DNA of 63,790 nt, counting the filler, from Stramenopiles sp. TOSAG23-2 (taxonomy: Eukaryota), in the NCBI GenBank assembly GCA_900128395.1. It is 5 parts of 5 records of this genome, joined end to end, with 100 filler letters (N's around TTAATTAATTAA, not from the genome) between each part and the next. Parts side by side here need not be neighbours in the genome. Positions count along the whole stretch, not along the records: positions 1 to 29,280 come from LT649391.1; 4 more parts are not named here. One strand, given 5' to 3'. The translations under genes and the position numbers were made by a program. A model generated the notes under the pieces. The model was given only the letters and a program-made list of their open reading frames with translations. It was not told the origin of the DNA and did not search any database. Shown in pieces: positions 1 through 11,014 of this stretch (positions are counted from its first letter, which is position 1; every line of letters starts with the position of its first letter).

Positions 1-300
1 CACTAATTAGGCCGCAATAGCAGGTAATTTTTCGTCAAAATAGTGCTGTGACGGCGTAAAAAAGTCTTAACATAGACATAGCATTAAAAATGAATGAAAA
101 GGGGCGTGTTTTCCAATAGAGTTGAAATTACTTTGGAGGCTGCTATGTACCTGTTAGTGAAAATACAAGAAACAGCAAAATTCATGATATCGTAATGCAA
201 AGTCACTTAAAACACTCATAAATCTCCTTTATTGTACGCCTTTTGGTTAAGGAAAAAAATTAGTAGCAAACATTTATTGTCAAGAAAAGGTGTACACTTC

Positions 301-378
301 CACCGAAAAACCCGATTCTCACATAACAAAAAAACAAATCACCGTAAAAACCGATTCTCACATAAGAAAAAAACAAAT
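301..378. repeat. Two-copy 39-bp tandem repeat
   Basis: CACCGAAAAACCCGATTCTCACATAACAAAAAAACAAAT followed directly by CACCGTAAAAACCGATTCTCACATAAGAAAAAAACAAAT. Confidence 0.85.
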
Positions 379-691
379 CTCCGCCTTTTGGATACTCCTA
401 ATGAACTTATCACCCTGCTATATCGCACTTCTAGCCACACTACAATTTCATTAACACCGGTCAAAATTTATCCTTCGAGTGTTAATGAAATGCACTTAAA
501 TTTCTCCTTCTTTAACGACATTTCTATCGTTTCATCATCATTCAGGGCAGGGGTCCTTGCCTTTCACGGCACTTGGCACTTATAATTAGACCAATAATAT
601 ATAGTAATAGAAGACACGGATAAATATTCCACTTTACAAACTTCTTCAAGATCATATATATAATATAAATAATAACAATTGTTTAAAGAGT

Positions 692-2482
692 ATGATTTCA
701 TATCGTATAATATCTTACATTACATGCACGTTTATGCTACTACTATGCGCGATACAAGTAGAGATCGAAGAGGCTACGCCGAGTGAAAAAACAATTGACA
801 TTAATGATGACGGTGACTATATTAAGAGTTATTATAATTTAAAAATACCTTCAATGTATCCAGCATACTATATACCAGTTGCATTGGATAACGTTATCGC
901 TTCATATATTCCATTGTGGCCAGAGTATACTTTAAACGAAAATATTTACTCATTTGCAACTTCGATGGGAGCCAAAGCATTACATGACCAATTCGATCGT
1001 GGCAATAAAGAAGATACATTTTTAACCATTTTGCAGCGTTTAAAAGATACTTGTACAGCATTGAATACTTCAAAGTTCATATCAACCCCATCATCCTTAA
1101 CAACTTTAACTAACGAAAAATCATACGAAAATCATAATGCGAACCAGTACAAACCACACGTGGTAACACCGATGTTAATAGACGGGGCAGCAGCATTGGC
1201 TTTGCATCCTTACACCCAGTTTCAAAATGATGATGATCATATAAAAAATACAGCAAAAACATTTTTGAAAAAACATTTACAGTTGACAGACACTAATCCT
1301 AGTAATATAAATAATAATAATAATAATAATAATAAAAAGAAAGAAGATGACGACACTAAATCATCATCGTCTTCCCCAGCATTAGATCATTTTCTACACT
1401 TATTATCGTCGCAAATCAAATTAGCAAAAAATAGACAGACTAGTTCCAAATTGATTTTTGAAAACGCAATGCAAAAGAAAAACATTGTTAATTTAAAACC
1501 TACTGTAGGCGCCCCGAGTACATTAGATAACATTGTCAAAGATTCAAACCAACGAATTTTAAATTATAAGAAACAAGACAATTATGATAGAAAAACATTA
1601 AAAAAGGATGACGTGAAGCAAATACAACATGGAATGACTATTGTAGGTAAATATATGTTATCAAATAATCGTTTAGATATATTTGTAATAAATTTAATGT
1701 CTAGTCCATATCGACGTATGTACATACAAAGTGAATTAAAACGAGCGGGTATGGATTTTAAATACATACATTATATGCCAGCTGTAGATGGAATGATGGT
1801 GCCTTTGGAAGATTTGAAAGAAGTTTTAGTGGATTCAAGAGATACGATTATACATCAAGGTGCAATTGGTTGTTCCTTGAGTCATATATCTATATGGCGA
1901 GACATTGTAAAATTAGGCTTACCTTATGCGTTGGTATTAGAAGATGATGCAGTTATATTGCCAAATGCGAAGGAACATATAAATGTAGGGATAAATGCGA
2001 TATATGATACAATTGGTAATGATTGGGATGTAATCGTAACAGATTTTGGATCTTCACCGTATGTAGGAATGGAAAGTCTGCGACAACATGGTGTACCTCA
2101 TGATTGTATTCATGCATTTTATAATACTAGTGGTGGATTATTTGTTGATATTACAGGTACACCATGTGCACACATTAACTCTGTGAGTTATATTGTATCT
2201 TATCAAGGCGCGAAAAAAATGCTGCAACATTTAATACCCTTTGAACTTCCTATTGATGTTGAAATGTTACGTTTGGTTGAAAAGGGGATACTTCGAACAT
2301 TTGTATTGTTGCCATTTGTCTCTGGACAGTTATTTCAAGAAAGTAAAAGTGGAACAGATATGATTGAACGATTTATGACGATGGAAAACGGTGAAGCAAA
2401 ATATACGTTTAAATCCATGAAGGAACGGAGCTGTATAAATGAACGTTGTGTTTTACGGGTGTATAGCAAAAGACAAAAATAA
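692..2482 (+). CDS. Glycosyltransferase family 25 protein with N-terminal signal/anchor
   Basis: Hydrophobic N-terminus; C-terminal GT25 motifs FVINL..S..RR, PAVDG, GAIGCSLSH.SIW, ALVLEDDA, SYIVS..GAKK, PID. Confidence 0.85.
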   Translation: MISYRIISYITCTFMLLLCAIQVEIEEATPSEKTIDINDDGDYIKSYYNLKIPSMYPAYYIPVALDNVIASYIPLWPEYTLNENIYSFATSMGAKALHDQFDRGNKEDTFLTILQRLKDTCTALNTSKFISTPSSLTTLTNEKSYENHNANQYKPHVVTPMLIDGAAALALHPYTQFQNDDDHIKNTAKTFLKKHLQLTDTNPSNINNNNNNNNKKKEDDDTKSSSSSPALDHFLHLLSSQIKLAKNRQTSSKLIFENAMQKKNIVNLKPTVGAPSTLDNIVKDSNQRILNYKKQDNYDRKTLKKDDVKQIQHGMTIVGKYMLSNNRLDIFVINLMSSPYRRMYIQSELKRAGMDFKYIHYMPAVDGMMVPLEDLKEVLVDSRDTIIHQGAIGCSLSHISIWRDIVKLGLPYALVLEDDAVILPNAKEHINVGINAIYDTIGNDWDVIVTDFGSSPYVGMESLRQHGVPHDCIHAFYNTSGGLFVDITGTPCAHINSVSYIVSYQGAKKMLQHLIPFELPIDVEMLRLVEKGILRTFVLLPFVSGQLFQESKSGTDMIERFMTMENGEAKYTFKSMKERSCINERCVLRVYSKRQK

Positions 2483-3031
2483 TTATGGCATGATTCGTAT
2501 TTTATATGATAAGGAGAACGTTACGTGCGAACTTCATTATGCTTCTCAGTGTATGCATATATTTTAAAAGGACTTTTATTGTAAATATTTTAAAGACCCG
2601 GTTTATCTGTTAAATATATCTGTGTACTCTGACACGACGATTTTTTAGCTATTTTCTTTTGTTTAATTGTACGGTATTATTATTTTAAAAAATATAGATC
2701 AATATTATATTATTTCTGTATAAAAATATTTTTAAAATCAAATCATCATATCACGCACACGCTCACAGATCATGCACATCTCTTAGTTCTAGAGATTAAA
2801 TAATACATTATGTGGATTTAGTAAGACAAATATTGATAAATAAACGCAGAGGAGGCAAAATATTGTTTCTCTCTGTATCAATATTAAATAAAAAAGTAAA
2901 ACTCCATAATGATATCTCTTGACTGCATACATATCTACAATAACTAAGTGTGTATATATATATACGACGCTTTTGTCTAAAAAAACAATCATCTTAATAT
3001 TATGAAACGAATCTATTAATTATGTATGTAT

Positions 3032-3388
3032 TTACTTGAAATGACTATCGCGTCTGTGTGAAGCCCAAGCTTTTGCAGATGCTGCATCTCTGTCATTTTC
3101 ACAATAATCCAAAGTTCCACGATCGCCTTTGCCAATGTGTACAGATGGTGCATTTAAACCATGGCCCCATTCGAAAACCATAACACACAATGCAAAGCCA
3201 ATTACAACAATGATTGGGTATGTACCTGGATCTTGTCCCCACTGTTTCATTAAGTTTGCTTCGTCAGCTACTCTGTTAGGTGGCAATTTTTTTGCAACTC
3301 CCATATTACGTTTTTGTACCGTTCTTCCCATGGTAGCACGTTGTTTGGTTGCAACTCTTTGTGCTGATGTCAATAAATTTCGGAACAT
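3032..3388 (-). CDS. NDUFA4/B12D-family small mitochondrial membrane protein
   Basis: Arg-rich presequence-like N-terminus, W..DPGTYPI + single TM + P.V.I.K..R pattern typical of B12D/NDUFA4. Confidence 0.7.
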   Translation of the reverse strand: MFRNLLTSAQRVATKQRATMGRTVQKRNMGVAKKLPPNRVADEANLMKQWGQDPGTYPIIVVIGFALCVMVFEWGHGLNAPSVHIGKGDRGTLDYCENDRDAASAKAWASHRRDSHFK

Positions 3389-4148
3389 TCTTATATATAT
3401 ATATATATATGTTATATATTATGTACGATCAAAAATATAAAAATAAATAATGTATAAACTATTTTGTAATATATATGTGATGTATATGATGATCTCTCTC
3501 TCTCTCATCAATCTATATATCCTATTAATGGTTTTCTTGGTCTCCAAAACTGCTTGCCAGCTTGCTTTTGCCTTTCTTGCTTGGCCAAAAAAACAATGAT
3601 GACAATCCTCCTATTTGTTGTACTATACCGGGTAGAGAATATTCAAAATCATATAGGGATAAGACATTTCCAGAAAAAATAAATGGAAATCAATGTAGGT
3701 GCATTTAGGTGCAAATGTAGGTGCATTCAACTAGATATCACTACTATTACTATTTATATGAAATTATATATTATAAAAATTACCGAGTTTGCATTATATA
3801 AATAATATACATATACAATAAGATATACTTTGAAATGTAGGGATAGTTTTTGCAATATATCCTATTAACACTATACAGCATTGATATAACCCTCCTCCCA
3901 AAATAAAATAATAATTGTCATTCTTCTTCATCATCAATTTATTAATAAAAATAATGAATGGATCCAAAATATATACATATTATGAATATATATAATAGGT
4001 GATTGGAGATGATATAAGGGTGGAACAAGAGTATTACATTAAATAATATTGGTGGTATATATACGTGATCATCATCCAGACGTAAGAATATATTAGAAGA
4101 GAGCGAGCGAGTGAAATTTGGCGCATACAAATATAAATACATACCAAG

Positions 4149-6593
4149 ATGAGTATACAATTACGTGAATTGATACGTAATGTAAGAGCCTGTAAAACAA
4201 TGTCGGAGGAAAGGGCTACAATTACAAAAGAATGTGCATTAATACGTACAGCGTTTAAAGATGAAAAATCAAATTTAAGACATAGGAATGTAGCCAAGTT
4301 GTTGTTCATACATATGCTTGGTTATCCATCACACTTTGGTCAAATGGAATGTTTAAAATTAATCGCTGGTTCAAAATTTTCTGAAAAAAGAATTGGATAT
4401 TTAGGTTTAATGCTTTTAATGACGGAGACGGAGGAGACACTTATGTTGGTAACAAATAGTGTAAAAAACGATGTTATTGATAAAAATCAATATGTTGTTG
4501 GTTTAGCATTGACTGCAATTGGCAACATCGCTAGCGAAGATATGTGTCGCGATTTGTTCCCAGAGGTTGACAAAGCTATGAGAAACTCGAATTCATATAT
4601 TCGAAAAAAAGCAGCGTTAGCATGTGTTCGTATATTGCAAAAAGTACCAGATTTAATCGAAGATTGTGTTGATCGTATAGCAAGCTTGATGTCAGATCGT
4701 AACCATGCGGTATTATTAACCGGCGCAACTTTGTTGCAAACGGCTATGGAGGAAGATCCATCAATGGTTGACACATTCCGTAGATTAGTGCCAACACTTG
4801 TACGTGTGTTAAAAAATTTAGTGGTGAATAATTTCTCCCCGGAACATGATGTCGGTGGCATTACAGATCCATTTTTACAAGTACGCTTATTGAAAATCCT
4901 AGCTGTACTTGGTAATGGGGATGAGGATGCATCGGATGAAATGAATGATGTATTGGCACAAGTAGCTACCAATACGGAATCAAATAAAAATGCTGGAAAT
5001 GCGATTTTATATGCATGCGTAAATACTATCATGGAAATTGAAAGTGAAAGTGGTTTGAAAGTACTTGCAATTAATATATTAGGACGATTCTTATTACATC
5101 GTGATAATAATACACGATATATTGCATTGACCATGTTAGCACGTGTTGTGAAAAGTGACATGGATGCAGTACAACGCCATCGTTCAACTATTGTGGATTG
5201 TTTAAAAGATCCAGATGTTTCCATACGTCGTCGTGCATTGGAATTACTGTATGCATTGGTAAATTCGAAAAATGTCAAAGCATTGGCACGTGAAATGTTA
5301 AATTATTTAGTTGTTGCAGATGATGATGTAAAAGCTGATTTATGTCAACGTACTGCATCCGTGGTGAATGATTTCAGTCCAGATCGTGCATGGCATATTG
5401 ATACAATGATTTCCATGTTGCAATTAGCAGGAAACACGTGTGGGGATGATATTGTCTCGCAAACAATTTCCTTGATTGGCCAGGATGATGAATACAAACA
5501 GTATGGTGTCACTAAATTATATGCTGCATTGGACGAGGACCAATCCCAAATTGGCTTGAATCATGCTGCCATATGGTGCCTAGGTGAATATGGTGACAAA
5601 GTGGAAATGGATGGAAAATCCCAAGATGAAATAGAAGACGAGATTGTTCAAATGTTTAATAAATTGTTGAAATTGCATAATTCAACATTATTAACCAAAT
5701 CGTATATTCTTAGTGCCAGTTTGAAATTAACGACTAGGTTTTCAAGTGGGGATACAATACAAGCATTGAAAAAGATTGTTGGTATGTATTCCACATCAAT
5801 GAACATGGAGCTTCAAGCACGTTCATGTGAATATTCCAATTTATTGAAACCTCAGATGGAAAGTGTAAGGCCAAATACGTTGAAACCAATGCCAGTTCCT
5901 GATCAAACGAAGCAACAACAGCGCAGCCGATTAGAAAGTGTCCAAAGCAACGGTAACAAAAGCAAGGAGGAAAACATCATTGCTGATCAAAATGGTGGAG
6001 AAAATGGTAGTGACAGTGATGATTTATTAGATTTAGCTGATATTTTTGGCTCTGGTGGTGGTGGTGGTCAGCAACAAGCAAATGGCAACAATAGTAACAA
6101 CAATAATAACAATAGTAACAATAACGATATACTAGATATCTTTGGTGGTGGAGGTGGCAACAATCCACCAGCTCCACAAAATAACAATTCGAATGATAAT
6201 ATCTTAGGACTTTTTGGGGGCGATAATAGCTCACCATCATTCCCAGATATAACAGCATTCCAAAAAAATGGATTGCGTATAAATTTTTCTTTTGATAAGC
6301 CAGGTTCGCCAGAGCAAACACGTGTGACTGCGACCTTTTATAATGAAAGCAATAGTGGAGATATTTCAAATTTATCTTTTCAAGTTGCTGTCCCTAAATT
6401 TTTAAAATTAAATATTCAGCCAGCAAGTAGTACCGTCGTTTCTATGGGTGGTAATGCAACGCAAGTATTGAATTTAATTAATGCTGCACAAGGTAAAAAG
6501 AAGATTGCAATGAAATGTAAAGTTCAATTTAGTGTCGGTGGGAATAATATTACAGAAATGGTAGTTGTGAATCAATTTCCTGAGGGTTTGTAG
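4149..6593 (+). CDS. AP1G1: AP-1 adaptor complex gamma subunit
   Basis: LRELIRNVRACKT..EER, HMLGYPSHFGQMECLKLIA, HDVGGITDPFLQV; low-complexity hinge and C-terminal ear (FQVAVPK). Confidence 0.97.
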   Translation: MSIQLRELIRNVRACKTMSEERATITKECALIRTAFKDEKSNLRHRNVAKLLFIHMLGYPSHFGQMECLKLIAGSKFSEKRIGYLGLMLLMTETEETLMLVTNSVKNDVIDKNQYVVGLALTAIGNIASEDMCRDLFPEVDKAMRNSNSYIRKKAALACVRILQKVPDLIEDCVDRIASLMSDRNHAVLLTGATLLQTAMEEDPSMVDTFRRLVPTLVRVLKNLVVNNFSPEHDVGGITDPFLQVRLLKILAVLGNGDEDASDEMNDVLAQVATNTESNKNAGNAILYACVNTIMEIESESGLKVLAINILGRFLLHRDNNTRYIALTMLARVVKSDMDAVQRHRSTIVDCLKDPDVSIRRRALELLYALVNSKNVKALAREMLNYLVVADDDVKADLCQRTASVVNDFSPDRAWHIDTMISMLQLAGNTCGDDIVSQTISLIGQDDEYKQYGVTKLYAALDEDQSQIGLNHAAIWCLGEYGDKVEMDGKSQDEIEDEIVQMFNKLLKLHNSTLLTKSYILSASLKLTTRFSSGDTIQALKKIVGMYSTSMNMELQARSCEYSNLLKPQMESVRPNTLKPMPVPDQTKQQQRSRLESVQSNGNKSKEENIIADQNGGENGSDSDDLLDLADIFGSGGGGGQQQANGNNSNNNNNNSNNNDILDIFGGGGGNNPPAPQNNNSNDNILGLFGGDNSSPSFPDITAFQKNGLRINFSFDKPGSPEQTRVTATFYNESNSGDISNLSFQVAVPKFLKLNIQPASSTVVSMGGNATQVLNLINAAQGKKKIAMKCKVQFSVGGNNITEMVVVNQFPEGL

Positions 6594-7193
6594 TGTTGTA
6601 TGATATATATACATCATATATATTATTTTAAATGAATATATATATATATGAGATATGCATATCTCTGCTTATTTAAAATATATGATATTTAATTAATGCA
6701 TAACTGCTTATTTAATAAATAAATAAAAACGCGTATAAATTAAAAGAAGAGGTAAAGTACGAGTAGACATATGTGGAGAGTACACACGCAACAACGAACC
6801 AAACGCATTCTTTTTATATTTGTGCATCATAATAATTTTAAATAAAAATATAATATTAAATAATTAAACAATATTTTAAATATTTTATACCTTGTTGCTC
6901 TGTTTCTTTTATTATCATACACTCTAAATCACAACAAAAGAGATTATGTTCCCCTATGTTCCACATCTCTCTCTTCGACACACGTATATTTTGTGTAATT
7001 TTTACTTTTTTTTTTGTAATTTTTTTGTTTCTTTTTTTTTTTTTTTGAAAATTTTAAATATTATGTACATGGCACGCATATATTTGGCATGCTATTATTT
7101 CTCTAACTTTCTGTTTTTGTACACATTAATAACATTGAATGTATGTATGTATATACATACGTACGTCTATGTTTCTCTATAAAATTGCGTGAC

Positions 7194-8669
7194 TTATTCT
7201 TCCTCGTCACTTTCACTATCATCTGATTCAGATTCAGAATCATCATCATCATCTGTATCTTCCTCCTCCGAACTGGATTCTTCTTCTTCATCCGATTCTG
7301 ATTCACTTGCATCATCTTCTTCCTCATCATCATCATAATTAATAGTCGTTTTTGTTGTAGTAGTTGTTGTAATGGAAAGTTGTTGTGTCTTCTTTTTACC
7401 ACCTTTCGTTTTCCTCGGTCGAATACCCATCATGCTCCCAATTAAAACTTGCACAGCTGACAATTCTTCATTATCTAATATACTCAAATTTTCACGTGCA
7501 ATTGGTGATAAGGCCATATATAACATTTCTGCATTTTGATAACTTAACTCTGCCGCTTTTGCATTAGCAACTTCTAAATTGATTCTCTTCCAATCTTTTA
7601 AAAGAACCGTGCTTTGTGGTGTTGAATATTGCCCATTTTTCTCATACGAGCGTTGAAATATATTCAACATCTTTTGACGAACAGTTAAACATATGTAACT
7701 GTTACCATTTCCTACTTCTTTCTCTTGTTGATTTCTACAATGAAAAATTAATTTTGGTTCTCCACAAATACATGGTGCAGTACATGCTGAATCAATGACA
7801 TCTATAATTTTTTTATCGACTTTGATTAACTCATCTCGTCGATTTAAACGTTCGCGTATACGTGATACTTCACGTTCGTTTTCTGGTATGTTCAAAGGCG
7901 ATAAACGTGGTGTCACGACTAAATCATCATGTGGTGCAACTCCTGTTGTACTAGTTGGAAACACGTTTATTGTTGTGTTGGCCGTCATCCCTAAATTAGC
8001 GCCTTTTGTAAAACCAGATACTTTTTTCCGTTTACTTAGTAACGTTCGAAGTTTCTGCTCCCATGATTGAACTAGTTTCTTTTTAGTTGCTATTGTTTGT
8101 ACAAAGTTTCGTGTCACGAAAGGTGATGTGAATGAAGAGGTTGACGTTCGCGATGGAGATGATATAATAGCAGTCGCATCACCATATGCTGAGTGTAAGG
8201 ACAAAGAAGCATCCATAACTTTTGGACTTGCTCGTGTTTTTTGTACAGGTGAAAATCTTCCTCCTCCATATGTATTAACAGGTTTTGATACAAAGTTTGG
8301 CGATACCGGCCTTTGCTTTTGCTTCTTCGAATATGCAGCATTCAAGCTCTTTCCTTTCATTTTTCGTTTCTTCTTTATCAAAGTCTTATCTCCCGTATTA
8401 GATGCTTTTTTCTTATTACTTTTATCTAGAACTACGTGAGAACCATGTAAAGCAGCAGCACCGCCGTGTAAACCAGCTTTTCTCTCTTTTGATAGTTTTT
8501 GAAAATATTTCTGTGCATGGCTACGAATTTGTGCAGATGATCTAGTCTTGATTTTCTTCGCCACTTTCTTCCATTCTCTACCATATTCATTTAATGCTTT
8601 TAAAAACAATTCATGTTCCTCTCTTGTCCACCTACCGTTGATAGCTTTTCCACTGCCATGACCAGACAT
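7194..8669 (-). CDS. MYB-related SHAQKYF-class transcription factor
   Basis: GRWTREEHELFLKALNEYGREWKKVAKKIKTRSSAQIRSHAQKYF; acidic tail. Start placed at MSGHGSG (ORF extends to 8720). Confidence 0.9.
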   Translation of the reverse strand: MSGHGSGKAINGRWTREEHELFLKALNEYGREWKKVAKKIKTRSSAQIRSHAQKYFQKLSKERKAGLHGGAAALHGSHVVLDKSNKKKASNTGDKTLIKKKRKMKGKSLNAAYSKKQKQRPVSPNFVSKPVNTYGGGRFSPVQKTRASPKVMDASLSLHSAYGDATAIISSPSRTSTSSFTSPFVTRNFVQTIATKKKLVQSWEQKLRTLLSKRKKVSGFTKGANLGMTANTTINVFPTSTTGVAPHDDLVVTPRLSPLNIPENEREVSRIRERLNRRDELIKVDKKIIDVIDSACTAPCICGEPKLIFHCRNQQEKEVGNGNSYICLTVRQKMLNIFQRSYEKNGQYSTPQSTVLLKDWKRINLEVANAKAAELSYQNAEMLYMALSPIARENLSILDNEELSAVQVLIGSMMGIRPRKTKGGKKKTQQLSITTTTTTKTTINYDDDEEEDDASESESDEEEESSSEEEDTDDDDDSESESDDSESDEEE

Positions 8670-9335
8670 TTTACCAGTTGTTTTCATCAACATATTGAAA
8701 TATATATATATATATGACAATTAAACTTTCAAAGTTTTACAACGGGTATGATAAACGAATATTATTATTTATAAATCTACGTGCTGTTCTACACTGAAAT
8801 TATTTTTGTTGTTGTTTTGATCTATATACGTTGTTGTCTCTTCGTTCTCCCCACAGTTCAACATATCTAATTCTACGTATGTTCTATGTTCGAGCATATC
8901 CATTTTCATGACTACGCACGAAATCAAATCTTTTCCAATGGTATTGACCTGTTATTTTCAAAAATCGACCAACAAAATTTGGTTTTGAGAACTGGTTTCC
9001 AGTGGGAATTCGTGGTAGACTTACGCGTTGACCACAGCACATAATATGGGAATAGCATTGTGACTCAATCGAAGAAAGGTCTTTTCTCTTCCGCCATATT
9101 TCACCTTATTCGAATAATGCTATTTACATGCTATCGTGCCGTGGTTACTGTTGATTTTTTTGAATCGGATTTCCAGATTTCTTCCTTCTAAAAAATAACC
9201 GTCCTCCCTTTTCTGAGCCAACCAAACCACTTCACCTTCCGAGAAATTGTACTTGGTAGTATACATGATCTCCCGTAGGAGTTGATAATGCTATCTCCAT
9301 GCTATAGTTCGAGCTAGCCAGCTAGCCCGCTAGCT

Positions 9336-10680
9336 CTAGTGCAAGCTGGCAAGGTATCCCATGACATTATACTCTGATTTGGACACTTTTTTAAAAAGTC
9401 CCATATCTGGCGCATATACTTCATTTCCATACATGCCCATACGGGCCTGAGTCATTTCTTTTTGACCAAACTCACTCGTTTTTATTTTCTCAAGGCCATG
9501 TAGCCAAATCAAACGATACACTGGTTCCATTTGGGTAACCATTACAATCTTTTTAATACCATCAAATACCTTTTGTATTTCTTTTTCCATTTCCATTTCC
9601 ATTTCTATTTCCATTTCTTCTGACATTTTCTTTCTTCTATAAATACAAATATATTACAAAGAATGTATTCAAAAAGTAAGTGCTTGTCCTATTTGCCGTA
9701 CGCATATTGTTCACAAGATTAGAGTTTATGAACATAAGATTACTTAAAATATTTAGAATTTAAAGAGCTAAAAAAACACTTTCCCATCTTTGACTTTTGT
9801 AAAAACTTCTCGTTCTGCTTATTGTACCACGGTGCTATACTGCCATTCTTGTACCAATCCGGGCGCAGCTTTTGGTTGCAACTTAAGTTGTAAACTATGT
9901 AGCCAAATGATTCACAGAACCCAATAAAGCCCAAACGATGAGCAACATCACTTGTTCTCCAGGGAATATCAATGCTTTTACAAAATTTTTTCCAAAATTT
10001 CCAAAATTTTTCCGGTGTTTTCAAGAGTTTAAATTTTTCCATAACCCATCTGCAGACATTTCTACCTGGTAATTGAACAACAAATTATCCTTCATCATAC
10101 ATTGTCTGATTTCATGTATTTCAAGCTCATTATCAATTGTTTCTATTGGAATATTTGTTGTTCCCATCCACTTTTTTCTCTCAGCAGTAGGTACATAGAG
10201 TTTTATATTCAATACCTTTCTTAGGTTTTCCAAATGTAAGTTGTCATATGCATTGTTGCTGTAGATTTCAGTAGCTGATGCTATTCCAGTTGGCTTCTGC
10301 CTTGATCCGCTCGTCTTTGCTGTTAAAGCAATAACCGCATTTGGCTTGTACAAACACACATGTATGACCATTGCAGAATGCATGCAGGTATTGAAGAGAA
10401 CTTTGGATAATGAAAAAATTAAAACACTGTAAAATTTAGGCAAAGAATTTTATTTGATACCATCAGTTCAAAAAGAAACGTTGACATAGGATGTGGCTGT
10501 ACCATCAATTGGGAACGATTGTGCAATTGCTGCAGTCACTGTAGGATATTTGTTATACACTGGGTTCAATCCAAGTGTTGTTGCTGCTAATTGTGGAGCT
10601 GTGGCTTTCAACGGCAGCCTGCTAACAGAAATCAGAAGAAAAATGTTTACCTCTGGAGTACCTTAGGCAGCTTAAGCCGT
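9336..10680. pseudogene. Degenerate coding-like island (broken frames, possible TE/viral remnant)
   Basis: Chain of short, nearly collinear minus-strand ORFs (10021-10443, 9740-10042, 9336-9626) separated by frameshifts and stops; less AT-rich than normal intergenic DNA. Confidence 0.35.
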
Positions 10681-11014
10681 GCTGTTTTTCCATTTTCATG
10701 TTATCAAGTAGGGTTATTTTTGGTAATAGCATGATAGTAACATTAGTCGGAACACACGACGCTCACAGATAGTAGTAGCACATAGTATGTAGTAGTATCT
10801 ATGTATAGTAAGAAATAATGAATGGAAAGAAATACAAAATTTATATATAGATCTATGTTTTTAGATATATTTTTAGACCATATCATCTATCAATGTATAT
10901 ATATATATATATACACAATCATCATCAACGGTAAAGTGACAATCTTTTACCTTTAAACTTAAGTAATTTTCTAGTCTATTTTATATTAATAATTATAATT
11001 TTTTTTCTGCAAAA

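Noticed and set aside
232-585. 117-aa basic ORF
   Set aside because: Non-ATG start, built largely from the 39-bp tandem repeat
4487-5278. 263-aa antisense ORF inside AP1G1, and many similar shadow ORFs (e.g. 16436-16882, 45745-46020, 62824-63243)
   Set aside because: In-frame antisense shadows of real genes caused by codon bias; no recognisable motifs
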